From a plasmid: a stretch of 64,000 nt of DNA. Below the pieces are notes generated by a model. The model was given only the letters and a program-made list of their open reading frames with translations. It searched no databases and was not told where the DNA came from. The position numbers were made by a program, and so were the translations under genes. The stretch is from sequence record CP063550.1. The stretch is one strand, 5' to 3'. Positions 1 to 8,951 of this stretch are shown one piece after another; the first letter of the stretch is position 1, and each line of letters begins with the position of its first letter.

Positions 1-1041
1 ATGACTGATTTTAAATTTTTTAAGGCGGATAGAGTTTACAACGAATTATTTTATCAATTTCCAAAAGTCTTTATTGTTTCTGACGAATACAAAAAAATGA
101 AAGATTCAACTAAGATTGCCTATATGCTTTTAAAAGCAAGATTAGAGATCGCAATCAGCAAACGGCAAATCGATGAAGAAGGTAATGTTTATTTTACTTA
201 TACGACAAATGAACTATGTAGAGTATTAAACTGCCAAAAACAAAAAGCGATAGCAATCAAAAAAGAGTTGGAATCCTTTGGTTTATTATTACAAAAGCAG
301 ATGGGATTTAACAAACAGTTAGGGAAAAATAATCCTAATAGACTATATCTAGCAGAATTAAAAGTCTCAGAAAATGATATCTACTTACTCGAAAAATTTG
401 ATAGAGAGAATAGGGAAAACGTTGATAAATCAGAGGGTATGAAAATCATACCCACCCTCGACGAAAAATCAGACGCTGAATCCCTTGGGGCTCAAGAGGG
501 TATGAAAATCATACCGTGCCAAAACGTTGATAAATCAGAGGGTATGAAAATCATACCAGAACTTAATAATAATATATTAGACACTAATAGACACAATATA
601 GACACTGAAAAAGACCGCCTACAAGATCAATTGTTGTTAGACAATTTTGAGACAATTATGACAAACGACAGCATTGCTACGTTTGTCCCTGAACGAGTAT
701 TAAATTTGATAAAAACATTTTCTTCAAGTTACAGTGAAGCTCAAAAAACCGTCCAGACTATTCATAATGCAAAGAAAAAAGCTGAAATAGAAAGTGATAT
801 TTCGATAGTTTTTGAAGAACTCGATAGTTATTATGTCAATGCAGAACAAGAATTATACACGACACTGTTAAAAGCCTATCAAAAATTAAAAACCGAAAAA
901 GTCGAAAATATCCAGAACCTGATTTTTGTCTATGTAAAAAATTGGTTTATCGAAAAACCAATAGCTGCTAAAGTATCAAGTGAAAAACGTTTGAATTATG
1001 CAAGCTCCCCAAGCACTATTACGAAAGACTGGTTAGAGTGA
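1..1041 (+). CDS. repA: RepA_N-family plasmid replication initiator (ORF open at window start)
   Basis: 346-aa ORF with a Rep-like N-terminus (KFFKADRVYNELFYQFPKVF). The middle contains a thrice-repeated peptide DKSEGMKIIP encoded by DNA iterons, which is the RepA_N arrangement with the origin inside the gene. Confidence 0.75.
   Translation: MTDFKFFKADRVYNELFYQFPKVFIVSDEYKKMKDSTKIAYMLLKARLEIAISKRQIDEEGNVYFTYTTNELCRVLNCQKQKAIAIKKELESFGLLLQKQMGFNKQLGKNNPNRLYLAELKVSENDIYLLEKFDRENRENVDKSEGMKIIPTLDEKSDAESLGAQEGMKIIPCQNVDKSEGMKIIPELNNNILDTNRHNIDTEKDRLQDQLLLDNFETIMTNDSIATFVPERVLNLIKTFSSSYSEAQKTVQTIHNAKKKAEIESDISIVFEELDSYYVNAEQELYTTLLKAYQKLKTEKVENIQNLIFVYVKNWFIEKPIAAKVSSEKRLNYASSPSTITKDWLE
436..557. 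repeat. Three copies of the 17-bp palindromic iteron GGTATGAAAATCATACC at 436, 499 and 541, inside repA; candidate oriV
   Basis: Direct reading of the sequence. Two copies are embedded in identical 32-bp units (421-452 and 527-558). Spacings are 63 and 42 bp, both multiples of 21. Confidence 0.7.
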
Positions 1042-1736
1042 AACTTTACTGACAAAGTGATTGTTGCTTCATGGAGTAACATTAAAATTAAAAATTTTTT
1101 ATTATTCTAATTATATTACGAATATTACAAAATAATAGCTATTTTAATAGAATTTATAAGTTAAAATATTATGATAAAAATCACAAACGTAGCCTTTTAC
1201 GTCATAAGTGTTAAAAGAAATAATTAATTTCAAATATAGAAAAGGGAACGTATGTTTGCATACTCCTTTTTTTTGAGTTATAATAATACGCGAAGAGAGA
1301 TAATTTCATTATTTAAACAAGCTAAAAATCTTGATATTACTTCTTTTCAGGCAATACGAATATTATTCGCTTACATTTTTTGTATAAATTTAATTGTCTG
1401 CTATGCTTGTGATGAATTGATTTTCGTTTTGCACTTTTGGATGATAAATTTGGACAATTGAAAATACAAAAAAAAGAAAGGCGGTATGAACTCGGAAGGC
1501 TGGTAACCTTCGTCAGCGTTCATACACGGCATTAAGATTTGGCCCTTAATGCGTTAACCTTTCAGTGTTACGGTATTACCCGCAATGGATTTAGTATAAC
1601 AGATATTCAAAAGTGATACCACTTTTTTTGGCTGTGTTAAGGTTAAAAATACGTGATATTACGATGAATCTATGCCTAAGCATAATGTTATAAAAATGTC
1701 CGTGTGGCTCTTTGCCGTATGACGAACGCTGAAATT

Positions 1737-1775
1737 AGAGGGAACGCATGTTTGGATGCGTTCCCTCTTTTTTGT
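1737..1775 (+). terminator. Rho-independent terminator
   Basis: 13-bp perfect stem AGAGGGAACGCAT / ATGCGTTCCCTCT followed by TTTTTTG. Confidence 0.7.
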
Positions 1776-1864
1776 TTGTCATGAACGAAAATCAATTCTC
1801 TATTTTTGAAAAATAACAAGAAAAACTTGTTAAAAATATTTAAAGAAATTGGGTGGTTTATTTT

Positions 1865-2197
1865 ATGTCATATACAGGAATTTTGAGTCTCAAAGATATT
1901 TGTCACTACGGTAAACGGTGTACCGCTACAGAGAAAATCACGAAGAAACTATCAACTGGCCAAAGTAAAACCGTTGTGCAGTGTAAGAAATATATAATCC
2001 AGAAAGACAAAGTCTCAGAGGAAATGATTTATTACATTGGGAAACAAAAGCAAATAATTTTAAAAGATCCTATCCCCTTAAAAGAGCTATATCCAACAAT
2101 CAAACATGTTTATGACCAAAACGGTGTACTGATTGGTCGAAGAAAAAATGGAGTCTTGCGTTGTACCGCAAAAGGGATGGGGCGTTTGATCGGCTGA
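1865..2197 (+). CDS. Hypothetical lysine-rich protein
   Basis: ORF with GGGTGG ribosome-binding site 8 nt upstream of ATG 1865. No recognisable domain. Confidence 0.35.
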   Translation: MSYTGILSLKDICHYGKRCTATEKITKKLSTGQSKTVVQCKKYIIQKDKVSEEMIYYIGKQKQIILKDPIPLKELYPTIKHVYDQNGVLIGRRKNGVLRCTAKGMGRLIG

Positions 2198-2280
2198 ATT
2201 GATCATTCTCATAACTTGTATTTTATCGTTTTTCGCTTGCTTGAAAATATTGTCGAGACTTCTAAAGGAACTTAGAGTCA

Positions 2281-2700
2281 CTAGAAAAATAAGGAGTAGA
2301 CTTGATCTATCAACAATTCCCTTCGGGGAGTGACGGGGTAGGTTTTAACGATTGGTAACGTAAAAAATTGGTCAATCGAGTAAATGCGCTTGTTTGGATA
2401 GTGGTGAAATGAATTTGTGTAAATAATAAGCGCAGAGTAAACAAGAGGGAATTTAGAAGTTAGACAAGTTAGAATAGCGTCTAGATTAATCATGAGCAGC
2501 TACTAAGGGATCTAGACTTTGACGCAAACTCATGGAATAAGGAGTAGGTCTTCTCGTAATGGGGAGGACGCACAAGAAATTGTGTCGTGTGCTGCAGTAC
2601 ATGTAGATACTTGCGAGGACGTTGATTATTGGATCAATCGAGCATTTACCGCTGTCTAGGGTTTCTCGTTTCGGACGCCATAAACGAGTCGAAATTTTTT
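2281..2700. other. Structured noncoding region with two diverged repeat units sharing conserved termini; candidate ncRNA or cis element
   Basis: No ORF. The AATAAGGAGTAG motif occurs twice (at 2288 and 2538) and the TTGGTCAATCGAG / TTGGATCAATCGAG motif occurs twice. Hairpins with UUCG (CCCTTCGGGG) and GAAA (CACAAGAAATTGTG) tetraloops are present. GC content is higher than the flanking AT-rich DNA. Confidence 0.3.
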
Positions 2701-2812
2701 ATGTATTTTTAAGTAAACGAAAAACGATAAAATATGAACAAGTCCTGAATAAAGTGAAAAAATTAATATAAAGCATAGAGAAAATGAAATTTACGTAATG
2801 GAGGAATGACAA

Positions 2813-3154
2813 ATGAAAAATTATGATCCGAATATACGATTGGGCACACATACTATTAAGGTTTCTTTCCAACGTTGGGATTACAAAGGATTTGTGACGT
2901 TTAGAAGGGGCGGAAATTGTAAAGGATTAGATGTTTTAGCATTAGACGAGGATGATTTATACGATCAAACATTGACTGATAATCCAATTGGATTCGGCTT
3001 GCTACCTGAAGATGATGAAGGTAATGAATGGTTTAAAATGACGCTTATGAATGATAATGGAGACGAATTATCTGTTGAAGATACTTGGTCATATTTGAGT
3101 GATTATATTGTCAGCTTTGAAATCATTGAATTTGTAGCGGATAAAGAAGAATAA
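2813..3154 (+). CDS. Hypothetical acidic protein
   Basis: ORF with GGAGG ribosome-binding site. The C-terminal half is D/E-rich. No family recognised. Confidence 0.5.
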   Translation: MKNYDPNIRLGTHTIKVSFQRWDYKGFVTFRRGGNCKGLDVLALDEDDLYDQTLTDNPIGFGLLPEDDEGNEWFKMTLMNDNGDELSVEDTWSYLSDYIVSFEIIEFVADKEE

Positions 3155-3390
3155 AAACTGGAGGAATAAATTTTACAGATAAAGGCTTAGAAGGAGTCAC
3201 GACGATTAATAAAAAGGTAGTATTACCTTAGGCATTGAGTAAGGAATTTATTTAGTCTAATGGTGATAAGTCAAGATGAAATTTAAGATTTTCTTTATTG
3301 AGTAATATGTTTTGAAGCGCACGAAACTAGACCCGATCAAAATCAAATTTTTTTCGGGTTGATTCAAGGATTTGCGTCAATAACGGATTG

Positions 3391-4641
3391 TTATTTCTCT
3401 ATCACACTCCTTGGTGGCGTATAGAGTTGGTGTTTACGTAGTAGCGTATCCACCAGACGCGTAAATTTTCTTGCGGTTAGGACGAGTGCACGTTTGTGTT
3501 GATGCTTTGGAACCTCCTTATATTTACTTTGATAAAAAGCTTTGTATTCAGGAAGATAATTTTTTACAGAGTTGGCAGCTTCAACTAAGTAGTATCTAAA
3601 ATATCGATTTCCTTGTTTTGTCAGAGGTGTATTTTGCGACTGATAGTTTCCAGATTGGTTCACTTTCCAACTTAATCCAGCGTATTTTGCCAATTTTGTC
3701 TGATCTTCAAATCTTTCGATTTGACCAATTTCAGCGATTAAACCGGCAGCATAGACTTTACCAACGCCTGGAATACTGGTTAAGCATTGATATTCTGGAA
3801 TGACAACAATTACTTGTTCGATGGCTTTATCTAATTCTTTGATATTTTTTTCAAGTGCTCGTATTTCTCGTACGAGAACACTTAAAACAACATTAATTGA
3901 TTCTTGTGCAAGAGCACCTAGGCGGTAACTCATGGTAATTGCACGTTGAATTGCTTTAGCGATTTTTTCTGGTTGCTTGAAACGGCCTTTTCCTTTTTCT
4001 TGAAGTAAATCACAGAAAGCTTCTAAAGGAAGCTCAGCAAGTTCATCCAATGTGAAATCTTCCGTCATGAGTGAAATGAGGGTTGCACTAAAAAGACTCG
4101 TCGATTCGTCTCGCATTTCTCGAGCAAGCGTATTACATTTGTACGTTAGATTTTCAAGAAAATGTTGCTTTGTACGAATCAATTGCTTAATAAGTTGATA
4201 GCGAGTACGTGTTAAACGCTGTAAGGCCAAGTATTTCTCTTCTTTGATAGGGGAAGTTGTGAATCGTTGAATACGCAAGAAATCAGCGATTCTTAATGCA
4301 TCGTTTCGATCAGTTTTATTCTCATCAAACATGCGACTAAATTGTTTCACCCGAAAAGGATTTTCAATCGTTACAAGTGTGTTGAGCTTCTTTAGTTTCT
4401 CATCTTCATGAAAAAACATGGAAGGATGGAAGCTGTACATGGACGTTGACTCCATGCCAATCACAATTTGATCAAAGTGGTAGCTGTCATTGAATTCAAG
4501 AATTGTTTCTCGTATGAATGAAGCACCTTCGATGTCATTGGCAACAGAGATTTCAGATAAGATAGACAATTGATTGTCGTCTGTTAAAAAACAAACATCT
4601 AGTTTTTCAGAGCTAACGTCAATACCGACAAATAATTTCAT
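3391..4641 (-). CDS. IS110-family transposase
   Basis: N-terminal MKLFVGIDVSSEKLDVCFL is the IS110 signature. An AGGAGG ribosome-binding site lies upstream of ATG 4641. The listed ORF has a 28-codon upstream extension. Confidence 0.85.
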   Translation of the reverse strand: MKLFVGIDVSSEKLDVCFLTDDNQLSILSEISVANDIEGASFIRETILEFNDSYHFDQIVIGMESTSMYSFHPSMFFHEDEKLKKLNTLVTIENPFRVKQFSRMFDENKTDRNDALRIADFLRIQRFTTSPIKEEKYLALQRLTRTRYQLIKQLIRTKQHFLENLTYKCNTLAREMRDESTSLFSATLISLMTEDFTLDELAELPLEAFCDLLQEKGKGRFKQPEKIAKAIQRAITMSYRLGALAQESINVVLSVLVREIRALEKNIKELDKAIEQVIVVIPEYQCLTSIPGVGKVYAAGLIAEIGQIERFEDQTKLAKYAGLSWKVNQSGNYQSQNTPLTKQGNRYFRYYLVEAANSVKNYLPEYKAFYQSKYKEVPKHQHKRALVLTARKFTRLVDTLLRKHQLYTPPRSVIEK

Positions 4642-5050
4642 GGAAGAAGGACCTCCTTTCGATATAAATTTTGGAAAATGCTTCGATACTGTGGGATTTC
4701 CCAGAAACTCACTGTATAGCCACAACCTCGCCTAATAGAATACGGTGATAAAAGAGCTAGAAGCTGCCTTCCAAACTACTATTTGAAAGTCTAGTCCATT
4801 ATCGAAACAGCTAATGAGTTGGTAGTGATAACAGTGGTTCGGGTAACAGACTAAACAGGGTAGACAAACGCTACAGGAGGAAATAGCAAATTCCCGTTGG
4901 ATCCTTTCCATACATCCATTGTACTCTGAGAAATCACACAATATCGAAACAAATTCCGTTAGGAATGTGTTATTCAATAAATTTTATAATCTAGAAACAT
5001 TTTGAATAAAAACTATTAGACAAATGATATTTTACGAGGAGGAAACGGAC

Positions 5051-7423
5051 ATGGCAGAAGAAAAAGAACCACTAGACAATAGTCGCTTGGGAAAATCCAA
5101 AAGAAAATTAGTACGATTGCAAAATGAATTAAACGAACAAATTGAGAAGATGTTTGAACACCAGAGAAAGACCAACGGTCAGCCAATGAACGATAAGAGA
5201 AATGGGCATTCTTGGTTTAGGCAACAAGAACGTTTAGAAAACAAAGTGCATAGTCTGAGAGAAGAGATCAAGCAACAAGAAAAACAGGTAGAAAAACTTG
5301 AAAGACAAGAAGAGCTAAAGGAAATGGGCTATAACAAGTACGGCGGACTGGATATGACGATCGATAATATTCCAAGAATCAAAGAAGAAATCGAACGCTT
5401 TGAAAAAGGTGAATCGACTTTTTCAGCCGCCACGATCCGAAAATATCAACGGAAGTTGGAAACATTAGAACAGCTGAAAGAAAAATCAGAAAAAGGAAAA
5501 GAAAATATCCTCCCTGAAGTACAAGCGATCATTGACAGCGGACGAGTGACGCAATGGAAAAAAAATCCAACCATTTATTTTTTGAAAGGCTATCGAAAAG
5601 TTGCTTTAGAACTGAATGAAAACGGGGGATTTGAGGAATCAAAAAAATACCAAGCCACGTCGGAAGAGGAAAAAGCAGCTGTTCGTGAATTACTTGAAGA
5701 GGCTGCACCAACTGATTCTCTGAAGGAGAAAGAAAAAGATCATTTCTATCGAGTAGAATTCAACGAAAATGATCCAGAAAAAGGATTGAAAAGTTATGGT
5801 GGGGAGATCGTAACATTAGAATTGATCGATCAACTTAAAACGTTGGATAACCAATACGCTGCAGAAGCAGGTTATTATAAATTCTATTTTGAAGAAGTGA
5901 AGAACGGAGAAGTAGTAGATCAGATCCGAATGGATCTAGGGGATGGCGTCAACAGTAATCACCCCATCTATTTAGAGTTAGCAAAATTGTGCGAACAAGT
6001 ACCTGAGAAGGAACAAAAACAATCGGTCAAAAATGAACCTGTTTCGAAAGAACAAATGCAGTCGAAAGAAACAAAAACAAAACAAAAGGGCTATCAAAAA
6101 CGAACGGCAGAAGAGATTAAACAAGAAGTTAAATCCCTTTCGCAACAGGCACTGGATGCGGTGAAAAAGCATACTCATTCTCCTGAAGACGTCAAAGAAC
6201 TTTTGAACTTTATGTCTCGTTTTCCAGAACGATCCTTTAGAAATCAATTATTGATTGAGGAACAATTTCCAGGTGCAACGGCTTGTTTAGGTCGTGCCGC
6301 GTTGAAAAAAGAAGGAATCTATATCAAAAAAGGGGAACAAGGGAACAAGATCTTTGTCAGAAAAACGGTCAAAGGATTTTATGAGAAAGGACGTGGCTTT
6401 GTTCGAGAAATAGAAGCTACACCAGAAGATAAAAAACGAATCGAAAGTGGTCAAATCGAAGTGATCAAAAAAACTTACTACACGATTGAAAAAGTGTTTG
6501 ATATCACACAAACACAGTTAAAACCTGAAGACTATCCGAAAATCTTTCCGAACCGTGTCTTTGATTTTCAATTGGATAAAAAAGGACAGTCAGAACTTCA
6601 AGCTGGGATTCAAGCGGTAGCCAACAATATTGGAATACAAATTCGAGATATGACAGAAAGTGAAGTCTATCAAAGAGAATTAGGACAAGCACGTGGGGCG
6701 TATGTTCGTAACGAATTTACTGGCGAAGAAGAAATCGTCATGAATACTCGAAATACTCCTACGCAGCATTTAGCTACAAGTATTCATGAATTAGCCCATG
6801 CAAGAATGCACAAATTTTCAGAATTAGATACCGCAACTAAAGAATTGCAGGCAGAAATGACTTCTTATATTGTGTGCAAACATTTTGGAATGGACACGTT
6901 GGAGAAAGCTATTCCTTATATTGCAGCATGGACGAAGAATGGTCAGACGTTGGATGATAAGGAAGCTGCGGAACGTGGGAAAATCATGAATGATGTCAGC
7001 CGTGTCGCAAATGAATTCATTCAAACCATTTCTAATGAAATCAATCAATACAGAGAAAGAGAACCAGAGATCCAACCAGCAGAAGTGAAGCAGGAGCATA
7101 AAAATACTGTAGAAACGGCAGAACAAAAGAATATTGTTCCTGTTGGTTCACTTTGGATCGACAAGAAAGACGGGAAAGTAATGGAAGAAGATACGGGTCG
7201 AACGTTACATTTGAAGGATGCGGCGTTTATTGAAGATCCGCAGCATAATCAAGTGATTTTAAAAGGAAAAAGTTATGGAAAAGAGATTCAAACGGCGTTA
7301 CCTTCAGAAGAATTTGCGCTAGGAAATCCATTCCGATTTTCACTTGAAACAGTGTCAGAAGTGGCCAAACGAAAAAATGAAATCTATTATGAACAACAAT
7401 TGTCACAAAAAGAACGCGTATAA
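5051..7423 (+). CDS. ArdC-like protein: coiled-coil N-terminal extension, then an ssDNA-binding ArdC-N-like segment, then a zincin HExxH metalloprotease domain
   Basis: Contains GIYIKKGEQGNKIFV, which resembles the ArdC N-domain motif, and HELAHARMH, a HExxH zinc-binding motif. The N-terminal ~350 aa are K/E-rich. An AGGAGG ribosome-binding site lies before ATG 5051. Confidence 0.5.
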   Translation: MAEEKEPLDNSRLGKSKRKLVRLQNELNEQIEKMFEHQRKTNGQPMNDKRNGHSWFRQQERLENKVHSLREEIKQQEKQVEKLERQEELKEMGYNKYGGLDMTIDNIPRIKEEIERFEKGESTFSAATIRKYQRKLETLEQLKEKSEKGKENILPEVQAIIDSGRVTQWKKNPTIYFLKGYRKVALELNENGGFEESKKYQATSEEEKAAVRELLEEAAPTDSLKEKEKDHFYRVEFNENDPEKGLKSYGGEIVTLELIDQLKTLDNQYAAEAGYYKFYFEEVKNGEVVDQIRMDLGDGVNSNHPIYLELAKLCEQVPEKEQKQSVKNEPVSKEQMQSKETKTKQKGYQKRTAEEIKQEVKSLSQQALDAVKKHTHSPEDVKELLNFMSRFPERSFRNQLLIEEQFPGATACLGRAALKKEGIYIKKGEQGNKIFVRKTVKGFYEKGRGFVREIEATPEDKKRIESGQIEVIKKTYYTIEKVFDITQTQLKPEDYPKIFPNRVFDFQLDKKGQSELQAGIQAVANNIGIQIRDMTESEVYQRELGQARGAYVRNEFTGEEEIVMNTRNTPTQHLATSIHELAHARMHKFSELDTATKELQAEMTSYIVCKHFGMDTLEKAIPYIAAWTKNGQTLDDKEAAERGKIMNDVSRVANEFIQTISNEINQYREREPEIQPAEVKQEHKNTVETAEQKNIVPVGSLWIDKKDGKVMEEDTGRTLHLKDAAFIEDPQHNQVILKGKSYGKEIQTALPSEEFALGNPFRFSLETVSEVAKRKNEIYYEQQLSQKERV

Positions 7424-7483
7424 AACAAGTAAAAAAGACTATCTGAAAAACGGATAGTCTTTTTTCTTTTGGGAGGTTTGAAA

Positions 7484-8944
7484 ATGACCGAAAAAAAAAT
7501 GAGTCTTATTGATCGATGTAAACAGATCGATATAGTGGATTTTGCTCGAAACAATGGAATGGCTGTAGTCAATAAAGGACGAGACTATCGCTTAGAAGAC
7601 CATGATTCATTTGTTTTTGATCGAAGAAAACAACGTTTTTATTGGAACAGTCAAAATATTAGTGGCGACATTATTGAATTAGCTAAACTTTTTTTCATAG
7701 ACAAAGAGATCCAAGACTCTAAGCAACAATTTAAAGCAGCCACTGATTTTATTCTAAAGAATGAAGACAAAACAGAACGAGTGGAAAATCTTCATTTTGA
7801 AACAGAAAAGTACAAAGATCACCCCGTTGATTATCAACCACTCACAGAAAAAGGAAGGAATTATCTGAAGGAAGAACGAAAACTACCAGAGTGGCTGATT
7901 GATTATGCAGAAAAAGAAGGGTTGATTGCCGAACTAAAGCCAAAATATGAACGGCAAAATTTCTTAGTTCGAGACGATCGTTTAGATCATGCGGTCGCCT
8001 TTTTATGGAAAGATCCACAGACAAAAGAGACAGTAGGGGCGAGTTATCAAGGAACGTTCATTGATTATGAACGTTTTGGTGAGAGAGGCACATATAAGCA
8101 TATAGATAAAAATTCGACAGCGAATCATGGCTTTAACCTAAAGATCGGTGACCCTAAGCAGTTAAAATTTTTTGAGAGTAGTATTGATTTACTTAGCTAT
8201 GCTGCACTGAATCGTGATCAGTTAAACGATACGTGGTTAGTCTCTATGGAAGGGTTAAAACACCATGTGATCAGTCATTATTTTGGTGAGGCAGTATCTG
8301 AATTGAGAAAGAAACAAGCCTTTCCTCAATCCATCGAGATTTGTGTGGATAATGACCGTGCAGGACATATTTTCTACGAAAAAGAACAATTAATGGGCGC
8401 AGTCGATCCATTTACGAATCAGAAAGTACGTTGTGAACGAGGAATCGCTAATGATTGGCAAGTGCCAAAAGAATACAAAATCATTTATGAAGAAGTCGCA
8501 AAAGAAGAAAAGGTCACACCAGAAGCTATTATGGCCATACACAAGACAGAAAACAATCTGCAATTAACGAACCAACTGGTTTCCGCTCACAAAGTAAATG
8601 CGTTTTTTGGCCAGCAGCTTTCTGTTAACGATTCAATAGAAGCCATTAATTTGAAAGATATTTGTAGAGAAGTCGCAAAAGAATTAAAAGTTTGTGAACG
8701 CGTGGATGGTACGTACGATTTTGATCGTTTTTATCAAGAAAAAGGGGATATTAATGCGCAGATTCTTTTCTCTTATAAAGCAGAACAATACTACAAAGGC
8801 TATAAAAATCATGAACATGAATTTATACCTGAAGTAAAAAAGGACTGGAACGATCAATTGAAGCATGAGATCCAGCAACAAGAAATCAGAAAGCAAAAAC
8901 GTGCCATGTTGTTTCAACAAGGCAGACAACAAGAAAGGGAGTGA
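7484..8944 (+). CDS. Toprim/DUF3991-like primase-related protein of conjugative elements
   Basis: N-terminal pattern VDFARNNGMAV...YRLEDHDSFVFD is typical of DUF3991 proteins that partner with TopB. A GGGAGG ribosome-binding site lies before ATG 7484. Confidence 0.5.
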   Translation: MTEKKMSLIDRCKQIDIVDFARNNGMAVVNKGRDYRLEDHDSFVFDRRKQRFYWNSQNISGDIIELAKLFFIDKEIQDSKQQFKAATDFILKNEDKTERVENLHFETEKYKDHPVDYQPLTEKGRNYLKEERKLPEWLIDYAEKEGLIAELKPKYERQNFLVRDDRLDHAVAFLWKDPQTKETVGASYQGTFIDYERFGERGTYKHIDKNSTANHGFNLKIGDPKQLKFFESSIDLLSYAALNRDQLNDTWLVSMEGLKHHVISHYFGEAVSELRKKQAFPQSIEICVDNDRAGHIFYEKEQLMGAVDPFTNQKVRCERGIANDWQVPKEYKIIYEEVAKEEKVTPEAIMAIHKTENNLQLTNQLVSAHKVNAFFGQQLSVNDSIEAINLKDICREVAKELKVCERVDGTYDFDRFYQEKGDINAQILFSYKAEQYYKGYKNHEHEFIPEVKKDWNDQLKHEIQQQEIRKQKRAMLFQQGRQQERE

Positions 8945-8951
8945 AATCGTC

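Noticed and set aside
1252-1461. A 69-aa plus-strand ORF downstream of repA
   Set aside because: It is AT-rich with low-complexity translation and a weak ribosome-binding site. The region (1480-1775) is more likely a structured noncoding region ending at the terminator.
2281-2700. Possible CRISPR array or ToxIN-like tandem RNA repeats
   Set aside because: There are only two diverged units of unequal length, with no regular repeat-spacer periodicity. No cas or toxN-like gene is adjacent.
5529-7126. Five minus-strand ORFs of 60-100 aa inside the ArdC-like gene
   Set aside because: They are antisense to a long, well-supported coding sequence. Their translations are F/L/R-rich and low-complexity, and none has a ribosome-binding site. 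They are shadow ORFs.
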